From the NCBI RefSeq assembly GCF_018350175.1, contig NC_058368.1, positions 33,978,001-34,042,000 of the forward strand: 64,000 bases of DNA, read 5' to 3'. The position numbers and the translations under genes are program-made. This DNA is from Felis catus (lineage: Eukaryota). The notes under the pieces are model-generated. The model ran no database searches, was not told the DNA's origin, and saw nothing but the letters and a program-made list of their open reading frames with translations. Below are positions 39,154 to 53,345 of this stretch, piece after piece. Each line of letters starts with the position of its first letter. The stretch's first letter is position 1.

Positions 39154-40662
39154 GTTATCAAAGATTAAAAATACAGATCACTAAGAAGATCTTAAAGAAC
39201 TTGAAGTCACAGGATAAATATTAAAGATCTTGATCTGGTAAATGATATGATATTGAATTAATCTTTAAAAGAGCCAGTTTTGTTACAGTTAGAAACAGAT
39301 CAAACAAACATTTAATGACTTCAAAGAACAGAATTATGTACATTTACTTAAATTATCTCATCTACCATACACAATTTTGAATAATTTTATAAGGTAGTTA
39401 TAAGATAATTTAATAAGATATAATTGCCATTTCCATTTTGAATAGAGGAGATAACCAACCTAAGGTCCTCAAGCTTTCATAGGGCTGAACCAAAATTTTG
39501 GTTATCATGGGTCTGTTCATCATCTCACGGTGGCAATTGCCCATGTGAGAAGTAATGAAGTTCTCACTAGGCTAGGTGATATTGAAAATAAGAGCGAGTC
39601 TTGGGGGTGCCAATATTTGGAGACTAAAAGCCTTAATATCTTGGTAGAGAGTAAGAAAGGGCCATCAAGTTTTCAAAATTAGAAACTTCCATCAGGTTGT
39701 AACAATATTGTTGGGTTATTGAATAGTATTGGCTGGCTAAAACGATGTGCAGAGAAATCAAATGGTGCAATAGGAATGAGTAAAAGAAACACAGGATAAT
39801 GCAAAAAGTAAGTACAATTTATTTGAAATATATGATATTCTACTTGAAATATCTGACTGCAGATTTTCAGATCATTCTATAATATTGAGGGAAAGATGGA
39901 TACATTTGGGTTATCTTTTGAGTGTCCATTACTAATATTGGATTATAAAGTATATATAAAAATTTGAGTGAGTGGATAAACTGACATATTCAGGAAAAAA
40001 GTAAAGCAAATTGCCACTATGAAACACAGGAGACAACTTAGGAAAATGAAAGCTTATCTTGAACCTTAGATGAGGCAGGTAAAGATTCCACAAAGCTCAG
40101 AAGTGATCCTTCTTACTACTAGGCTGAGAAGCTATATTTGCAATGAAATCATTATATTTGAATACACAGAAAAGTGGTGTTCATTTCTTTGTATGAAATA
40201 CTGATAAAGTTGGCCATATCCATGTAACTGATTTAAAAAGCTATCAATAATTAGATAAGTCTATTTAGAGTGAAAGCAGAGTTGTGAAAATGAAAGATTT
40301 GTCAGAAGGAATAACAGACAACACTAGGAAAAAGAAGAGTAGTAAGGTACTCAAATATAGAAGAGTTTTGAAAGAGAAGGGTAAGTGTACCTCTTCAGAG
40401 CATGATGTGAAATCCTCTTGAGTTTATACTTTAAAAAGAATATATATTTCAAATATTAAAAATTAGAGAAACAACCCTCTAGAGGCCAGGGTTTTCCAGA
40501 TTTCTTCCTTGCATTTTACTGAGGATACCAATACTGTTTCTACTCCTTCTTTCCTTCTATAAAACACTGAAAATGTTAAAAGCCTAGGCTACATCAAACT
40601 CCAGAATTTATAAAATACATTTCCTTCTAGATTTGTTTTAATTAAATTTAATTTTGATTTTC

Positions 40663-40899
40663 TTTAAAAAATTGTTTTATTTGAGAGAAAGAGAGGGGGT
40701 GCACGTGTGAGTGTGCATGCATGCGTGGGGGATGGGCAGAGGGAGAGAGACAGAGACAGAGACAGAGACAGAGAATCTTAAGCAAGCTCCATGCTCAGCA
40801 CAGAGACTGATGTGGGGCTTGATCCCACAAACCTGGGATCATGACCTGAGCCAAAATCAAGAGTTGGTTGCTCAACCAACTGAGCCACCAAGGTACCCC
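40663..40899 (-). mobile_element. CAN-SINE
   Basis: Body with (GAGACA)n. Flanks attttgattttct / actttgactttct. Confidence 0.9.
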
Positions 40900-41290
40900 A
40901 ACTTTGACTTTCTATGTGATTACTAAACTTATTTTCTGTTTTATGCCCATACATATATGTATGAAAACATATATGAGTTTACATATATACATACATTTAT
41001 CTCCAAAATTTGAATGGCAAAAGCATTAAAAATATATATTTAATTACACTTAGAGTACATCCATCAGAATATCACTAACTTCTGACGTGTATTGTAACGT
41101 TGCCTGGAAATTCTACCAGGTTACTAGACACTTGTCCTTGAAATTACAGAATGTTTAAATAATACATAATAATGCATTTTCACACAGATTTATTAGCACA
41201 AGAGTATTCAATACCCATTAACAGTTTAATTATTTCCATGTTCACATGACAGTATTTTATTAAACGTCATTTAAAATTTTTTTGAATGTT

Positions 41291-41505
41291 GGGGCGCCTG
41301 GGTGGCTCCATTGGTTAGGCGTCTGACTTTGGCTCAGGTCATGATCTAGCGGCTTGTGAGTTCGAGCCCTGCGTCGGGCTCTGTGCTGACAGCTCAGAGC
41401 CTGGAGCCTGCTTCAGATTCTGTGTCTCCCTCTCTTTCTGCCCCTCCCCTGCTCATGTTCTGTCTCTCTCTCAAAAATAAATAAAACATTAAAAACCTTT
41501 TTTTA
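41291..41505 (+). mobile_element. CAN-SINE (SINEC_Fc-like, young)
   Basis: Near-consensus body. TSD aaatttttt(t)gaatgtt on both sides. Confidence 0.95.
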
Positions 41506-42609
41506 AATTTTTTGAATGTTGAAAAACAGTGGAACAGTTGTTCAGAAGTGAAAGAAGCAGCTTTGTAAAAGCTATGAGGAAAATTAGTTGGTTTAGGTTA
41601 TAAGTAATAATGTTTTATCAGTAGAGGTTACACATTTTGTCTAACCTGTCTTTTGGAACCATGGTGTTATAAATATAAATACGTACATTCATTTCAGTAT
41701 ATGTATTACTTACATGCCATCAGCTCATTTAAACACTCTGATACATTTATTAACACCATCAATGTTTGAGTGATATTCTATCATTTTCTTCAGATGTAAA
41801 TAGTCTTTCTCTGATATTAGTTCAATGATGTTAAACTGCTCAAATTCACCTTAATAATACAGCATAGTCATTAATTCTCTCTGAGGGAACCTATCTGCAT
41901 CATAAATTACTTTAAAAAGAAGTCAGATTTCTATTTTCGTTTGATTCAAAGACAACTAAAATTCAAGTTGAGCCTATAGTATATCGCCATAAAAATCCTT
42001 ATTGAAACCTTCAATGATGAATAGATATGATAGAAATTAGTATGTTATCTATAATTTGCTTCTAATTTATTTGAGGGAGACTAAAAGTAGTTTGTTCCCT
42101 TGATACTATAAGTATCCCCTTATAATTATGTTTGTGCTCTTAATGTGCAATATCTGTTAAAAATATTGCAAAAGGTAAAAAATCTGCTTAATAATAATTA
42201 TACCGATGTATAGAGTATTACTGATGTTTTGCAGTGACACACATTCTCTTTTATCTTCTCAAATATAGTTGCAATAGACGACTCAGCATTTACTTGTGCC
42301 AGACACTGTATAAGGCACTAAGGAGTAAAATTATGCACAAAATAAATGTAAGTCCTGATCTCTAGTAGTTTACCCCAGTAAGTATTTGTATCATTCAAAA
42401 CTCTTGGAACAACATCCATTTTGATTTTTTGTTATTGAAGCATATCAGTCTGAAAAACACACCTTAGATCTACCATTTGAAATCAGCATATACATGAGAG
42501 TTGACTTTAAAAATTGGGTAGAGTAAAATTAGTCTGATCTGCAGCTGTGAAAGTTGTAGGATGGAATTTTCATCCCTCTCCTATAGATAAAATTATTGAC
42601 GAACTATAT

Positions 42610-42955
42610 CCTGCATGGAATTCTTGAACAGAATAAGGACATACAGTGAAAACTAAGGAGATTTGAATATAGTATGAACTTTAGTTAACAATAATGTCTA
42701 AGTAATGGTTCATTAATTGTGACAAATGTATTATATGAATATTAGATGTTAACGATAGGGTCAGTTGGGTGTGAGATTCATGGAGCTCTCTGTAGTATCA
42801 ATTTTTCTGTAAGTTTAAAATTATTCTCAGGCACCTGAATGGCTCAGATAGTTACGTGTCCAACTCTCGATTTCAGCTCAGGTCATGAACTCATGGTTCG
42901 TGAGTTCAAGCTCTGCCTCAGGCTCTACTCTGACAGCACGGAGCCTGCTTGGGAT

Positions 42956-43005
<50 letters not shown>

Positions 43006-43100
43006 CCCCTCCCCCACTTGCACATGCATACCGTGCCTGCTCTCTCTAAATAAATAAACATTAAAAAAACAAAATTATTCTACAATGTAAAAGTTTATCT
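42610..43100 (+). mobile_element. Old L1M (L1MC/ME-like) 3' end interrupted by a SINE
   Basis: ctttagttaacaataatgt…tggttcattaattgtgacaaatgta…agatgttaacgataggg…tggagctctctgta…tttttctgtaagtttaaaattattct. Confidence 0.75.
42829..43069 (+). mobile_element. CAN-SINE
   Basis: TSD aaaattattct on both sides; long (CT)n. Confidence 0.92.
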
Positions 43101-45432
43101 AAAACATTATTAAATGTGGTAGAAAAAAATGAGACAAAATTGTGCAGAACATTTGATGTTAACATAAGAATTGGGCATTTTTAACGATCAGTGGAAACCA
43201 TTAAAAATGTGTGGGTAGGAGCATAACCAAAGTAATACAGCTACGTAGGGAAACTTTCTGTGCGACAGCACAGATTGTAGAGAGGGAAAGGTGGCTTCAA
43301 GGAGACCAATCTGGTTCACTAACTTTCATACAAAGTGGTAAAGACCAGAAATGATGGTGGTCGGCGTGAATGGAAACATACAGGTTTGACACAGTACAAA
43401 TAAAGTAACAGTATTTGGCAACTTATTGGGTATGAAGTGTATCAGAGAAATGCAATGTGGGTGATTCAGAAACGAGATTTATAGCATAATAAACTGGATA
43501 TAGGATAGGAAAGTAACATAATTTTAGACTTAGAAACTGGTTGCTGATGGTATTAGGCAGGGTAAAAGAAGGTACATTTGAGTTTGAAAGCTTAATGAAA
43601 GTTTAATCATTTCTTTCAGGAATGTCCTGTGTTTAAATAATTTGAAGCCTCTTTGAATAGTGAACAAGGAATGTTTGGAATTTTTGAGCCTAGAATGTCA
43701 CTGTGGTCTGTTTCACAATTTTTGTTATGATGATTGTATTCTTATTTGAAATTAAGTGCCCAGTGAGTCATACTCTCAATGCACAAACTAAGAATCAGGA
43801 GTAAAATGGGAAAATTTCTGGCTGCCAGGCTATCACTTAATCAGTAATCTCTAATATGTATTCAGAATATTAATTAATGGTTTTAATAGAAGTCTAAAAA
43901 TGGCACATGGCTACAATTCCAAATTCACTTGATAAAATGAAATTTTAGGTAGTTAACTTTTATTTTATTCTCATTTACATTTCTACTCTTGATTATTAAA
44001 AGTAATTTTATGTTCCATATCTCACAAGTGCAAAATAAATTACTTCTGAAACTTTTAAAGAAGGGTAAATGGTTGAAATTATCAAATTTGAAAGTGACCC
44101 ACAAAACACTAGTAATGAGAGAAAGAGAACTGAATTTGTTCCCATTGTGTGGAACAGTTACCCTGGAAGTCAATGGAGGTTCCTAAGAATGTTTTTATAG
44201 GCAATTTGAAGTGTTCAAATTAGAAATAACTATTAGATTAAACACAATCTCAATTGGACTCAAATTTTCATTTTATACTTGTGACCGGCTCTTTAGGGTC
44301 ATTCTTATTAAAGAAACCATTTTTTCATTAAAAAAAAAAACTAACATTGCATCATCAAAAGAATAGTTTGAAATAGTTCTCTGGGTCAGGGAGAGGGAAC
44401 TCACATTTATTGTTGATCCGTACAGTGCTTTCATTGGATTCAGTAAAGTGTGGTCTATATTTTTGTGATTAAAATGAAGATGTATATATATTTGACCACC
44501 AAGTTGACCATGGATACCAGAAAATGATATTGGAATTTTTGTCAGACTCCAGGACAGATACCACAAACTCTCCTGTGATGAACTGTTCTCTCATATTCCA
44601 CTGTCATTGTTGTCTAAGGCCGACAGGAGGAGGAAGCTTCCTTAGGGGAGTGACGTCCTGGAACATGATAGATTTATTTTTTCCCAGGAGGTACAATATT
44701 TTCAGCATGGTTAGAATCCTGTGAGAGTATTTTGGTCAGGATAAGGCGTGGAGAGGGTGACCGTTCATTGAGATTACCCTTACTGCAATGAGGTACAAAC
44801 ATCTTTGGAAATTTTTTCTCTGCTGAAAAAAGCTGAATACAATAATCCCTGTATCTCCAATCCATTTTCTCTGAAGTCTTTAGAGGTCATAGGCTTTTCT
44901 CTTTGGATCGTTAGATACTGCATTTAAACATTCTTTAGGAAAAAATGGGCTTCTGTATAGCAAGTATAACACAATTTCTATTTTATACTAATCAGCACAT
45001 ACTAATACAGTTTGTATTGTGTTTTATTTTGTGGTCAGAAAAAAGCAAGGTTAGTGATTATTATATCTGAAGCTGATCTCTCCCTTTAATACAAGATTTG
45101 TTTTTGTTTTTGATTTTTCACAAACGCCTACTGACATTTAAGTTTCAGCCATGGTTGCATGAATATTTGTAGAAATGCTATATATTTTATATACAGTTGC
45201 TTTAATGTAGCATCAAATACACAGAAGACTTGAAATTTTTTATATCATTGTAATGAATGTTAGATCTGGAATTAGTACATTCATTTGTGGTATTGGCTCA
45301 GTAATAATATCAGTTGCATACTTTGTCTTTTACTATGACTTTAACTTGGTGGGTGTTTTTAATGCCTTACCTGTATATGAAAGGACCAAACTAGATTATC
45401 TCTAACATGCCTTAGCACTTTATAATGCTGTA

Positions 45433-45488
45433 GAGATAAGATATATAGATGATAAATAGATAGATAGATGATAGATAGATAGATAGAC
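45433..45488. repeat. (GATA)n microsatellite
   Basis: Seen directly. Confidence 0.9.
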
Positions 45489-46680
45489 TGAAAAGTTTTG
45501 ACATTGTAAGATTGATTTTGTAGCCTCTATTCAAATTCCATCAATTATTTTCTCAGTATAGAAATATGATTCATTCTATATATGTAATATCAATAACTAA
45601 GATTTCATTGAAAGAGAATTCATTTGTGAAGTCCCAAATTATCAGCAGTCCTGTTGTGGCTAATAATAAGGATGATGATGATGATCTATTGATAATGAAT
45701 AATATTTCTGGGCAATAACGTTCATTCACTTAATAATTTTTCATGAAATATCTACACTAAGCCAGATATATTGTAGAAAGGGAAGACAGGAGCATTCATC
45801 AAAAACACGCATTCTAGTCAACATATAAAAGTCATGAGGGAGGAGAGCCATGAAGGTAGTGAGGAAGTACAGACTGATTGCTCTATGGGGAAGAGAGTTG
45901 TAAGCAGTGAACCACCAGTACAGTCCCTGCTTATCTGGCATATTGAATAAAAAGCACAAAGTCAAGATTGGAAGTGAGTTTGAGGTAGAAGGAGGCGTTA
46001 AGGAAGAGAGAAGGGGTAGATAAATAGTATAGCACCATATAGTCATAGAAAATGGAAAGGACACAATTTCTAGTTAATTATCTTACTGATGATGCTTATG
46101 GTCTGTTTACTCAAAGAATCATTTAAATTGGGATCTCTTACATTAAAATATCCAACTTTGTGGGAATTCTAAATTATAATCAAACTTCCCTGAAGACAAC
46201 CTTTGTAAACATATTTGTGTTTCTTTAGTGTCTTTGAATGTATTGTGTGTGTATGTGTGTGTGTGTACCTACATATGTGTATACACACATATGTATCTCA
46301 ATTGGATTCATCCCAAATATATAATTTGTGCATTTCCCTTGACACTTAGCATTATATCTTGAGCAAATCCCTGATCCCTAAATCTTCAAAACCATTAGTT
46401 GCATTCAACTCAGTATTCAAAACCGTGGTTGAGCAATTCTTTATTGAAGCAAGCCTCTATTTGGGGAAAATTAATTATAATACACATATACATACACTTC
46501 AAAATTACTTTTCTAAATAAAGGGCTATTTTAATTACTCTTACAAATAATGTACTTTTAAATTTACAATAATATATCTTATTATTTCTCTAAGAATTTAT
46601 CCTAGAAGCAGAATTACTAATGTTTCAAAGAGCATTTTTTAAAAGTTCCTCATAAAAACTAAACTTACATAAGAATTTTA

Positions 46681-47174
46681 TTTTTTGAAGCTTTTATTTA
46701 AATTCCAGTTAGTTAACATACAGTGTAATGTTAGTTTCAGGTGTACAATATAGTGATTCAACTCTTCATACAATACCCGGTGCTCGTCACAAGTGCACTC
46801 CTTAATCCCCATCACCTATTTAGCCCATCCCCATACCCTCCTCCCCTCTGGTAACCATCAGTTTGTTCTCTGTGGTTAAGAGTCTGTTTCTTGGGGGGTG
46901 CCTTGTGAGCTCAGTTGGTAGAACTTGCGACTCTTGATCTCAGGGTCATGAGTTCAAGCCCCACACTGGGTGTAGAGCTTACTTAAAAAGAGTCTATTTC
47001 TTGGTTTCTCTCTTTTTTCCAATTTGCTCATTTGTTTTATTTTCTAAATTCCACATATGAGTGAAATCATATGGTATTTGTCTTTTTCTGACTTACTTCG
47101 CTTAGCATAATACTCTCTAGCTCCATCCACGTTGTTGCAAATAGACATTTTTTTTTCAAAGAAGACATACAGAT
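46681..47174 (-). mobile_element. Carnivore L1 (L1_Carn-like) 5'-truncated 3' end with short inverted 5' piece
   Basis: ttagtttcaggtgtacaatatagtgattca…ccctctggtaaccatcagtttgttctc…ccacatatgagtgaaatcatatggtatttgtct. TSD cataagaatttta / cataggaatttta. Confidence 0.9.
46895..46987 (+). mobile_element. Short CAN-SINE nested in the L1
   Basis: 17-bp TSD aagagtctgtttcttgg (46878-46894) / aagagtctatttcttgg (46988-47004). Confidence 0.92.
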
Positions 47175-48362
47175 CCCATAGGAATTTTAAAAAATTGACA
47201 GGCTATGTATTCCTTAAATTTTTCACATAGAAAACTAGCCATAAACTATCCATAAAGGGAATATTCTTAAAAAGGAAATATAATTAGTTTTGCATGTTTC
47301 ATACTTAATTAGATTTCAGAAATCATATATGAAAAATAATTCTAATCTTCAGACCAGCACCCTAACCATATTCATTCTTGGTTTTTATTATATTATTGCC
47401 ATTATTTGTGCAAAAATGTTTTCACAAATAGTTTTAAGAAATACTATAATATCAGTTTAATGCAATAAAGTCTTTACAAGATTGTGCTCAAAGATTTTTT
47501 ATTCAATTAGAATGTAAAGATATCATGTAACGAAGTAAGAGAGTTCAGGTTTTAGATACAGTGGTTTAGAAAACCTAAAATTATTACCATAATAACTCAC
47601 TCAGAAATATACCTTGTTTTATCAAATTATGCAACATAAACTGAATGGAAAAGACAGAAATGAGCAAAATCATGAATTTTTAGTAGGTGAAATAATATAT
47701 TTTGTATGTAGCTAGGATCAGAGAATATGACTTCTGAATAAAACTGAAAATTCTCATGGGTAAAAAAGAAACAATTCAATGCATGAGCCATATTACAAAT
47801 CCTTTATAGTATCACTTATGTTTGATGATGTGTGATGTGTAAATTGTGTAGTCTTTACTTTGTGCCAGGTACAATTTTCAAAATAATCTAACCACAGCAT
47901 GTTCACTAATTGCATTACTCTAACTAGCTATATTGTATGCCCTTCATTTGACAGTATAACTATATAACCTTTGAAAATGGTATCCCTTGTGATTTTTAAA
48001 TGCAGCATCAACATTTTGGCAGAATCACTTTGCAGCCTTTTAAGTTACATGCATTTGAGTTAAAAATTATATCTTCTGAAAAATGTCTGCAATATAGTTT
48101 TTTTTTTTATTTGCACTTGTTCAAATAATAATTGCACTTGTTCAATAATAAGTTACTAATTCTTTGGTAACTGTTTACCAATTCATTAGTCAAAAAAGTG
48201 TTTCCCAAAATTGATTATGAAGAAATTATAGATAAACATTTTATTATGTTAGCCAAAATTCTATTAAATAAAAAAATAGAGAACCGAAACAAGCATTTTG
48301 CTTATTTTAACTTCATTCACTCATTGACTCATAACCACCTTAACACCACTTACAGAATTTAG

Positions 48363-48466
48363 TAGGATGACCATATGATTTATTATACAAAATGGCTCAT
48401 ATTTTAGAGTAAAAGGGACACTTTTAATATTTTCTTTGAGGCAAATCAGCCTGTGGTTCTCTTACT
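48363..48466. mobile_element. MER81/MER94-like hAT-Blackjack MITE remnant
   Basis: taggatgaccatatgatttattatacaaaa…ttttagagtaaaagggaca…gtggttctctta with degenerate TIR-like ends. Confidence 0.5.
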
Positions 48467-51245
48467 ATATAGAAGTTTTTAATATAATAAGATAAACAGT
48501 GATTGTGCAGGAAAACTGAAATATAAGAACAATGGAGAGATTCAAAAGTGAAACATAAAAATTAATATTGGTCTACTTGGCTCCTGTGTGATTATTTTTT
48601 AATGTTAAAGGTTTTAACATTTGCATTTTAATTTTTAAAAAGAATGCAAGCTATTTTTGTTTCTCATAGATGTAGTGTGTACACGTATCAATTAAAAGTT
48701 TAATAACTTTACAAATCACTTTACTCATCTCCCTTATGTATTTATAAGTGGAAATGTTTAGTTTGAAAGAGAATCCATGAGAAAGAAAATCATTTAAAAT
48801 TTAATTCATAGGTAAAACAGCTTATCTAGAATAATTTTAGTTGCTACCAAAGGGAAAGTGTATTGTCCTTACATATTTTACCTTCCCCTAAATCAATGAA
48901 CATATTAATATTATGCCAACCAACAAAGGTATTTATTTTGAAATTAAAGGCATATCAGACTATGGCTTTCTATTTTGAATGTATACTGGAGCTTATTAAA
49001 TTTTAATACAAGTAAACCAATTTAAGGTGACTTATGGTTTAATAAATGCCAGTGAGAACAGGAAGTTAAAAGGCTTATAAAATTCGGGAAGATAATTTCA
49101 ACTTGATAATATTTCATGGTGCAGACTGATAAAAATTTCTGTTACTATTTCTTTTCATCCTCTATTTTCTGGTATCCAGACATTGATATTTAGCATTTTC
49201 ATGCTTTGAATAACAGTTATATGCTTATTATTAAATTGTCTGCAATTTTATGGATAAATAAATGAGAAATTCTCCATTTCTCAGCCATGCCCAGGAAGCA
49301 TACTGCCAGCTTTCATTTCTATACAAGGATTGACTGTTACTTTAACTAGCTACTTTCTTCATTTATCAATTTTAATTTTATCTGGATTAGTTTACTTTTA
49401 CTTTTGTAATATTGTTAATATGTTTTGAAGTTAACCCGGCTGATATTTGGCAATCTTATTTACAATAAAATAAAACTTTGAAAGCCTTTTATTAAAATGA
49501 GTTAAGATGTGCTATAAACTAGTTCAGCTGGTTTCTTCTATAGGAATTTAAATATTTTATTTAATATAAAAGAGTTACATCTGGGAATTCTAAAATGCTG
49601 TATGCATTTCATATCCACTTATAGGAATGCAGCTCTAAAAGTGGCAATGCTCGATGAACTAATATAATCTGGAGCAGAAGGGAAGAACACAAATTAACTT
49701 GTATTTTCACATTCACTTATTCTAGATTAGTACTTTTCTCGTTTCTTTGTTTCTCTTTATCTCCTGTTCATGCTGCCCCTTTCAAAAGAGAGGAAAAAAG
49801 TGCTTGTTTAATTTTTCCAGCTTATTTTAAAAAAGTAAATCTCATTTTCCAAATTACCATTCCAATTAAGAAAAACAAACATGTATGTAGGAATGTTCAC
49901 ACTCAGCAGTAAGATGATTTATATGATATAATATCTGATTTTATATTTACTTGAACTTGTTTTATAATCAAAGCATTCCATGTCCATTTCTCTAATAAAT
50001 AAACTCTTAAGAGGTTTAAAGATTTTTTCAGTTAAAGAAATAGAGGCAATGGAATTTCTCAGCTTTCCCGTAGCCAAAAAGAAACCCATGACATAGCTTG
50101 GATTGGAGGTCATCGCTCCTAACTCTTCATTTCAAGGGATGTGACTGTTGTCCGTACTTCCTCTTTAAGGTATTTCCACAATTTTCAAATTCCAGGGAAG
50201 CTCCTGCTGTTAAATAAGGAGCAAGTGAACACTCAAACACAGATCGACACTTTTTTCTGCTTCAATGTGATAAACTCATTGTGAATTAAAATAGCACTTA
50301 AGGAAAAAAAAAATTTTTCTGGAACCTGATATGTTCACTTTCATTAAGCCTATCAAGCATTTAGGACACAGAATATATTTTCTCAAATAATACTCTAAGT
50401 TTCAAATTCAGGCCTACTAAAAAATTTGCATTGTTCTTTCATATTTTAAGTTTGACTTTATTAGAGGAATTGTGGTTTGATCAGAGGAGAGGTGGACCCT
50501 ATATATTTTATTTGGCAGTGGTGAATTAAATTGTGCAAAATCATTTGGATCTTATTATTTCAAATAGTATGGTGGTGATAAAGTAATTTAACATTGATTA
50601 TTGTTTAATTTTTAATTTTGAACTACTCAGAAATATCTTTTATAAGAAGGATTAAATTATTACACAGCACTTCACATATGTCAAATAATTGTTGTCTTCA
50701 TTTTATAAGGCTTTTTATGCTACTTTTCTCTCATTTTATGATCTTCTATTGTCTCTGGATGGTATACATATTGCAAAATAAAGAAGAACATGGTTTTATA
50801 AATCCCTGATTTAAGAAGGAATTCTAAAAACCTATTAAAATTGTTTTTACAGTTTCATATTATATATTCTTTTATATCAATTTTAGCTCTGTCTTCAGAG
50901 ACCAATTAAAGTCAAAGTAGTTTGTAAGAATCTTCCAATTTATAAACTGTAGCTTCATAAAGTGAAGTATATTTTTAGTCGATCTACATAAAGAATGGCA
51001 TATCAGGTCCAGATAATTGATAACAACACATCTTGGATATTTCATTGTCAAGTTTTATGTATTTATTTTCTGGGTCAAGTTAGGTGAAAGTGAAATCAAT
51101 CCTGCCTTGATGTTTTAAAAGTTGAATCTTGACTCAGTTATTAACTTTGTAAAAGCTAGAATTAGGTAAACCAGTCAAAGTGTATGACTCTTTATGTTAT
51201 AATTTTCTCAGCCAAAGGTGTTCATTGTTAACAATGCCTGCTGGA

Positions 51246-51474
51246 GGGGCTCCTGGGTGGCTCAGTCGGTTAAGAGTCCGCTTTAAGCTCAGGTCATGAT
51301 CTCCTGGTTTGTGGGTTTGAGCCCCGTGTCAGGCTCTGTGCTGACAGCTCAGAGCCTGGAGCCTGCTTTGGATTCTGTGTCTCCCTATCTTTCTGCCCCT
51401 CCCCCACTCGCACTCTGTCTCTGTCTCTCAAAAATAAATAACCGTTAAAAAAAATTAAAAAAAGAAAAAAGAAA
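51246..51474 (+). mobile_element. CAN-SINE (SINEC_Fc-like, young)
   Basis: TSD aatgcctgctggag / aatgcctgttggag. Confidence 0.95.
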
Positions 51475-52647
51475 AATGCCTGTTGGAGAAGGGTTCTCTC
51501 CACAATATTTGTGGAGCACAATGTAACTCCTACAGTATAATAGCTACTATTTTTTTATCTGTAAAATTATGTCAGCAAGCCTTACATACTTACCATCATA
51601 GAAAGCAATTGTTAGAGTCCAAAAAGTGATGAATATGACAAGGCTTCTAGGAGAATGAAGGACTATCCTGGTGTCAGTCTTTGTCTTACATGCAGGGACG
51701 TCCTGTGGAACTGAATATGCTGTATTAAGAAAAGTGTCATGAAGCATTAGCTAATTCAGAAGTTAGAAGCAAATTTTTAACCTTCAAAATGAAGTCTATG
51801 TGAATTTATTTATTGTTGAATAAACACGCTAAGCAGTAGTTTTAGTCTCTAAAATAAACCATACGGAGGTAAAATTTATCTTCTTTTTATGTTATCCTAA
51901 AGTCTCCTGAGATCATCATTTGATTATTTAAAAATTTTTAACCTTTTTGTTTTCATTTTGTTTTGCTGTGAACTGAAACACAGTCACAGTATAGGGTAGT
52001 ATAATTGTTCCATTTTAATAGAGTCTATTTTTTCCCTAGTCCTCAGAGAGATCCTATGTAGGCCATTGCCAGATGTATCATTCTAGAGTATATTAATCAA
52101 GGATCCGAATCAGGATGGCAACTCCTGTGTGTCCAGAGAGCTGGGTCAGGATGTTTCTATAATTCCCTGATGAGGAGTAGAAAGATATTGGCCTTTGTGC
52201 TATATAGACTTTAGTGTTTTGTATGTTATTAACCAGTTGATTGCTGCTCAGCATACCTGCTAAGTAGGACACACTTTTGTTCCAGGAAGTGAAAGCCTCA
52301 ATTATCCAATTGAATATAATTTTTAAGGCAGTCTCTTAATGCCTGCAAGAAATGAAACTAACTATGTTTTTCTGTTCTAAATAAGTTAAAATTGCATGTA
52401 TGGAAAAGAGAACGTTGAGTTGCCTTTTCTGTGTTGTGGGGTATCTGGTATAAAACGATAGCACCAAGTATGTTGATAATTTCATCTTAAAAAATCAAGT
52501 AATTCTCAAAAAGAAGGGGCATGATCATGTTTAGTTTGTAAGTTTTTGCGTCTTACTATCAGTGCTAGCTTAACAACTTGTTTTGGGGATGATGCTAGAA
52601 ACAAGTTTGTCATAACGAACATACAAGATAAAGGTAAGATTACAAAT

Positions 52648-52653
52648 GAGAAA

Positions 52654-52706
<53 letters not shown>

Positions 52707-52846
52707 AAAAGAAAGAGAAGGAGGAAGGGAAAGAAAAGAAAGAAAGGGTGAAGAGGAAGGAAGGAAGGAAGCAAGGAAGCAAGGAAGCAAGGAAAAGGGA
52801 AGGAAGGAAGGAGGGAGGAAAGAGGGAGAGCAAGAAGGAAGGGAAA
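52648..52846. repeat. Compound (GAAA)n/(GGAA)n purine tract
   Basis: Seen directly. Confidence 0.97.
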
Positions 52847-53129
52847 TGACTGGTTTCTAAAGAAAATTATGTCTTTAAGGGGGAGTTGTATTTACTCCAA
52901 ACATTGTACTAAAAAGCAACCCATTTTTAAGTTATGGCCTGCTGATTATCATTCCTTTCCCTCAAACTATGCTTTTCTGAAGTAAAGTTAATTTTGGATA
53001 GGAAAATTGGGCAAAATTTAAGAATTATGGACCGATACAATAGAATACCTCTTTGCCAGTTATCACATCTCTGCTCTGTATTGAACTCTTTACATATATC
53101 ATCAATGTCCTCACAGATAAAAACAAACA

Positions 53130-53345
53130 GGGGCGCCTGGGTGGCTCAGTTGATTGAACGTCCGACTTCGGCTCAGGTCATGATCTCTCGGTCCGTGAGT
53201 TTGAGCCCCGCGTCGGGCTCTGTGCTGACAGCTCAGAGCCTGGAGCCTGTTTCAGATTCTGTCTCCCTCTCTCTCACCCTCCCCCATTCGTGCTCTGTCT
53301 CTCTCTGTCTCAAAAATAAATAAACGTTAAAAAAATTTAAAAAAA
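53130..53345 (+). mobile_element. CAN-SINE (SINEC_Fc-like, young, CpG-rich)
   Basis: ggggcgcctgggtggctcag…gccccgcgtcgggctctgtgctgacagctcagagcctggagcctg…aaataaataaacgttaaaaaaa. Confidence 0.96.
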
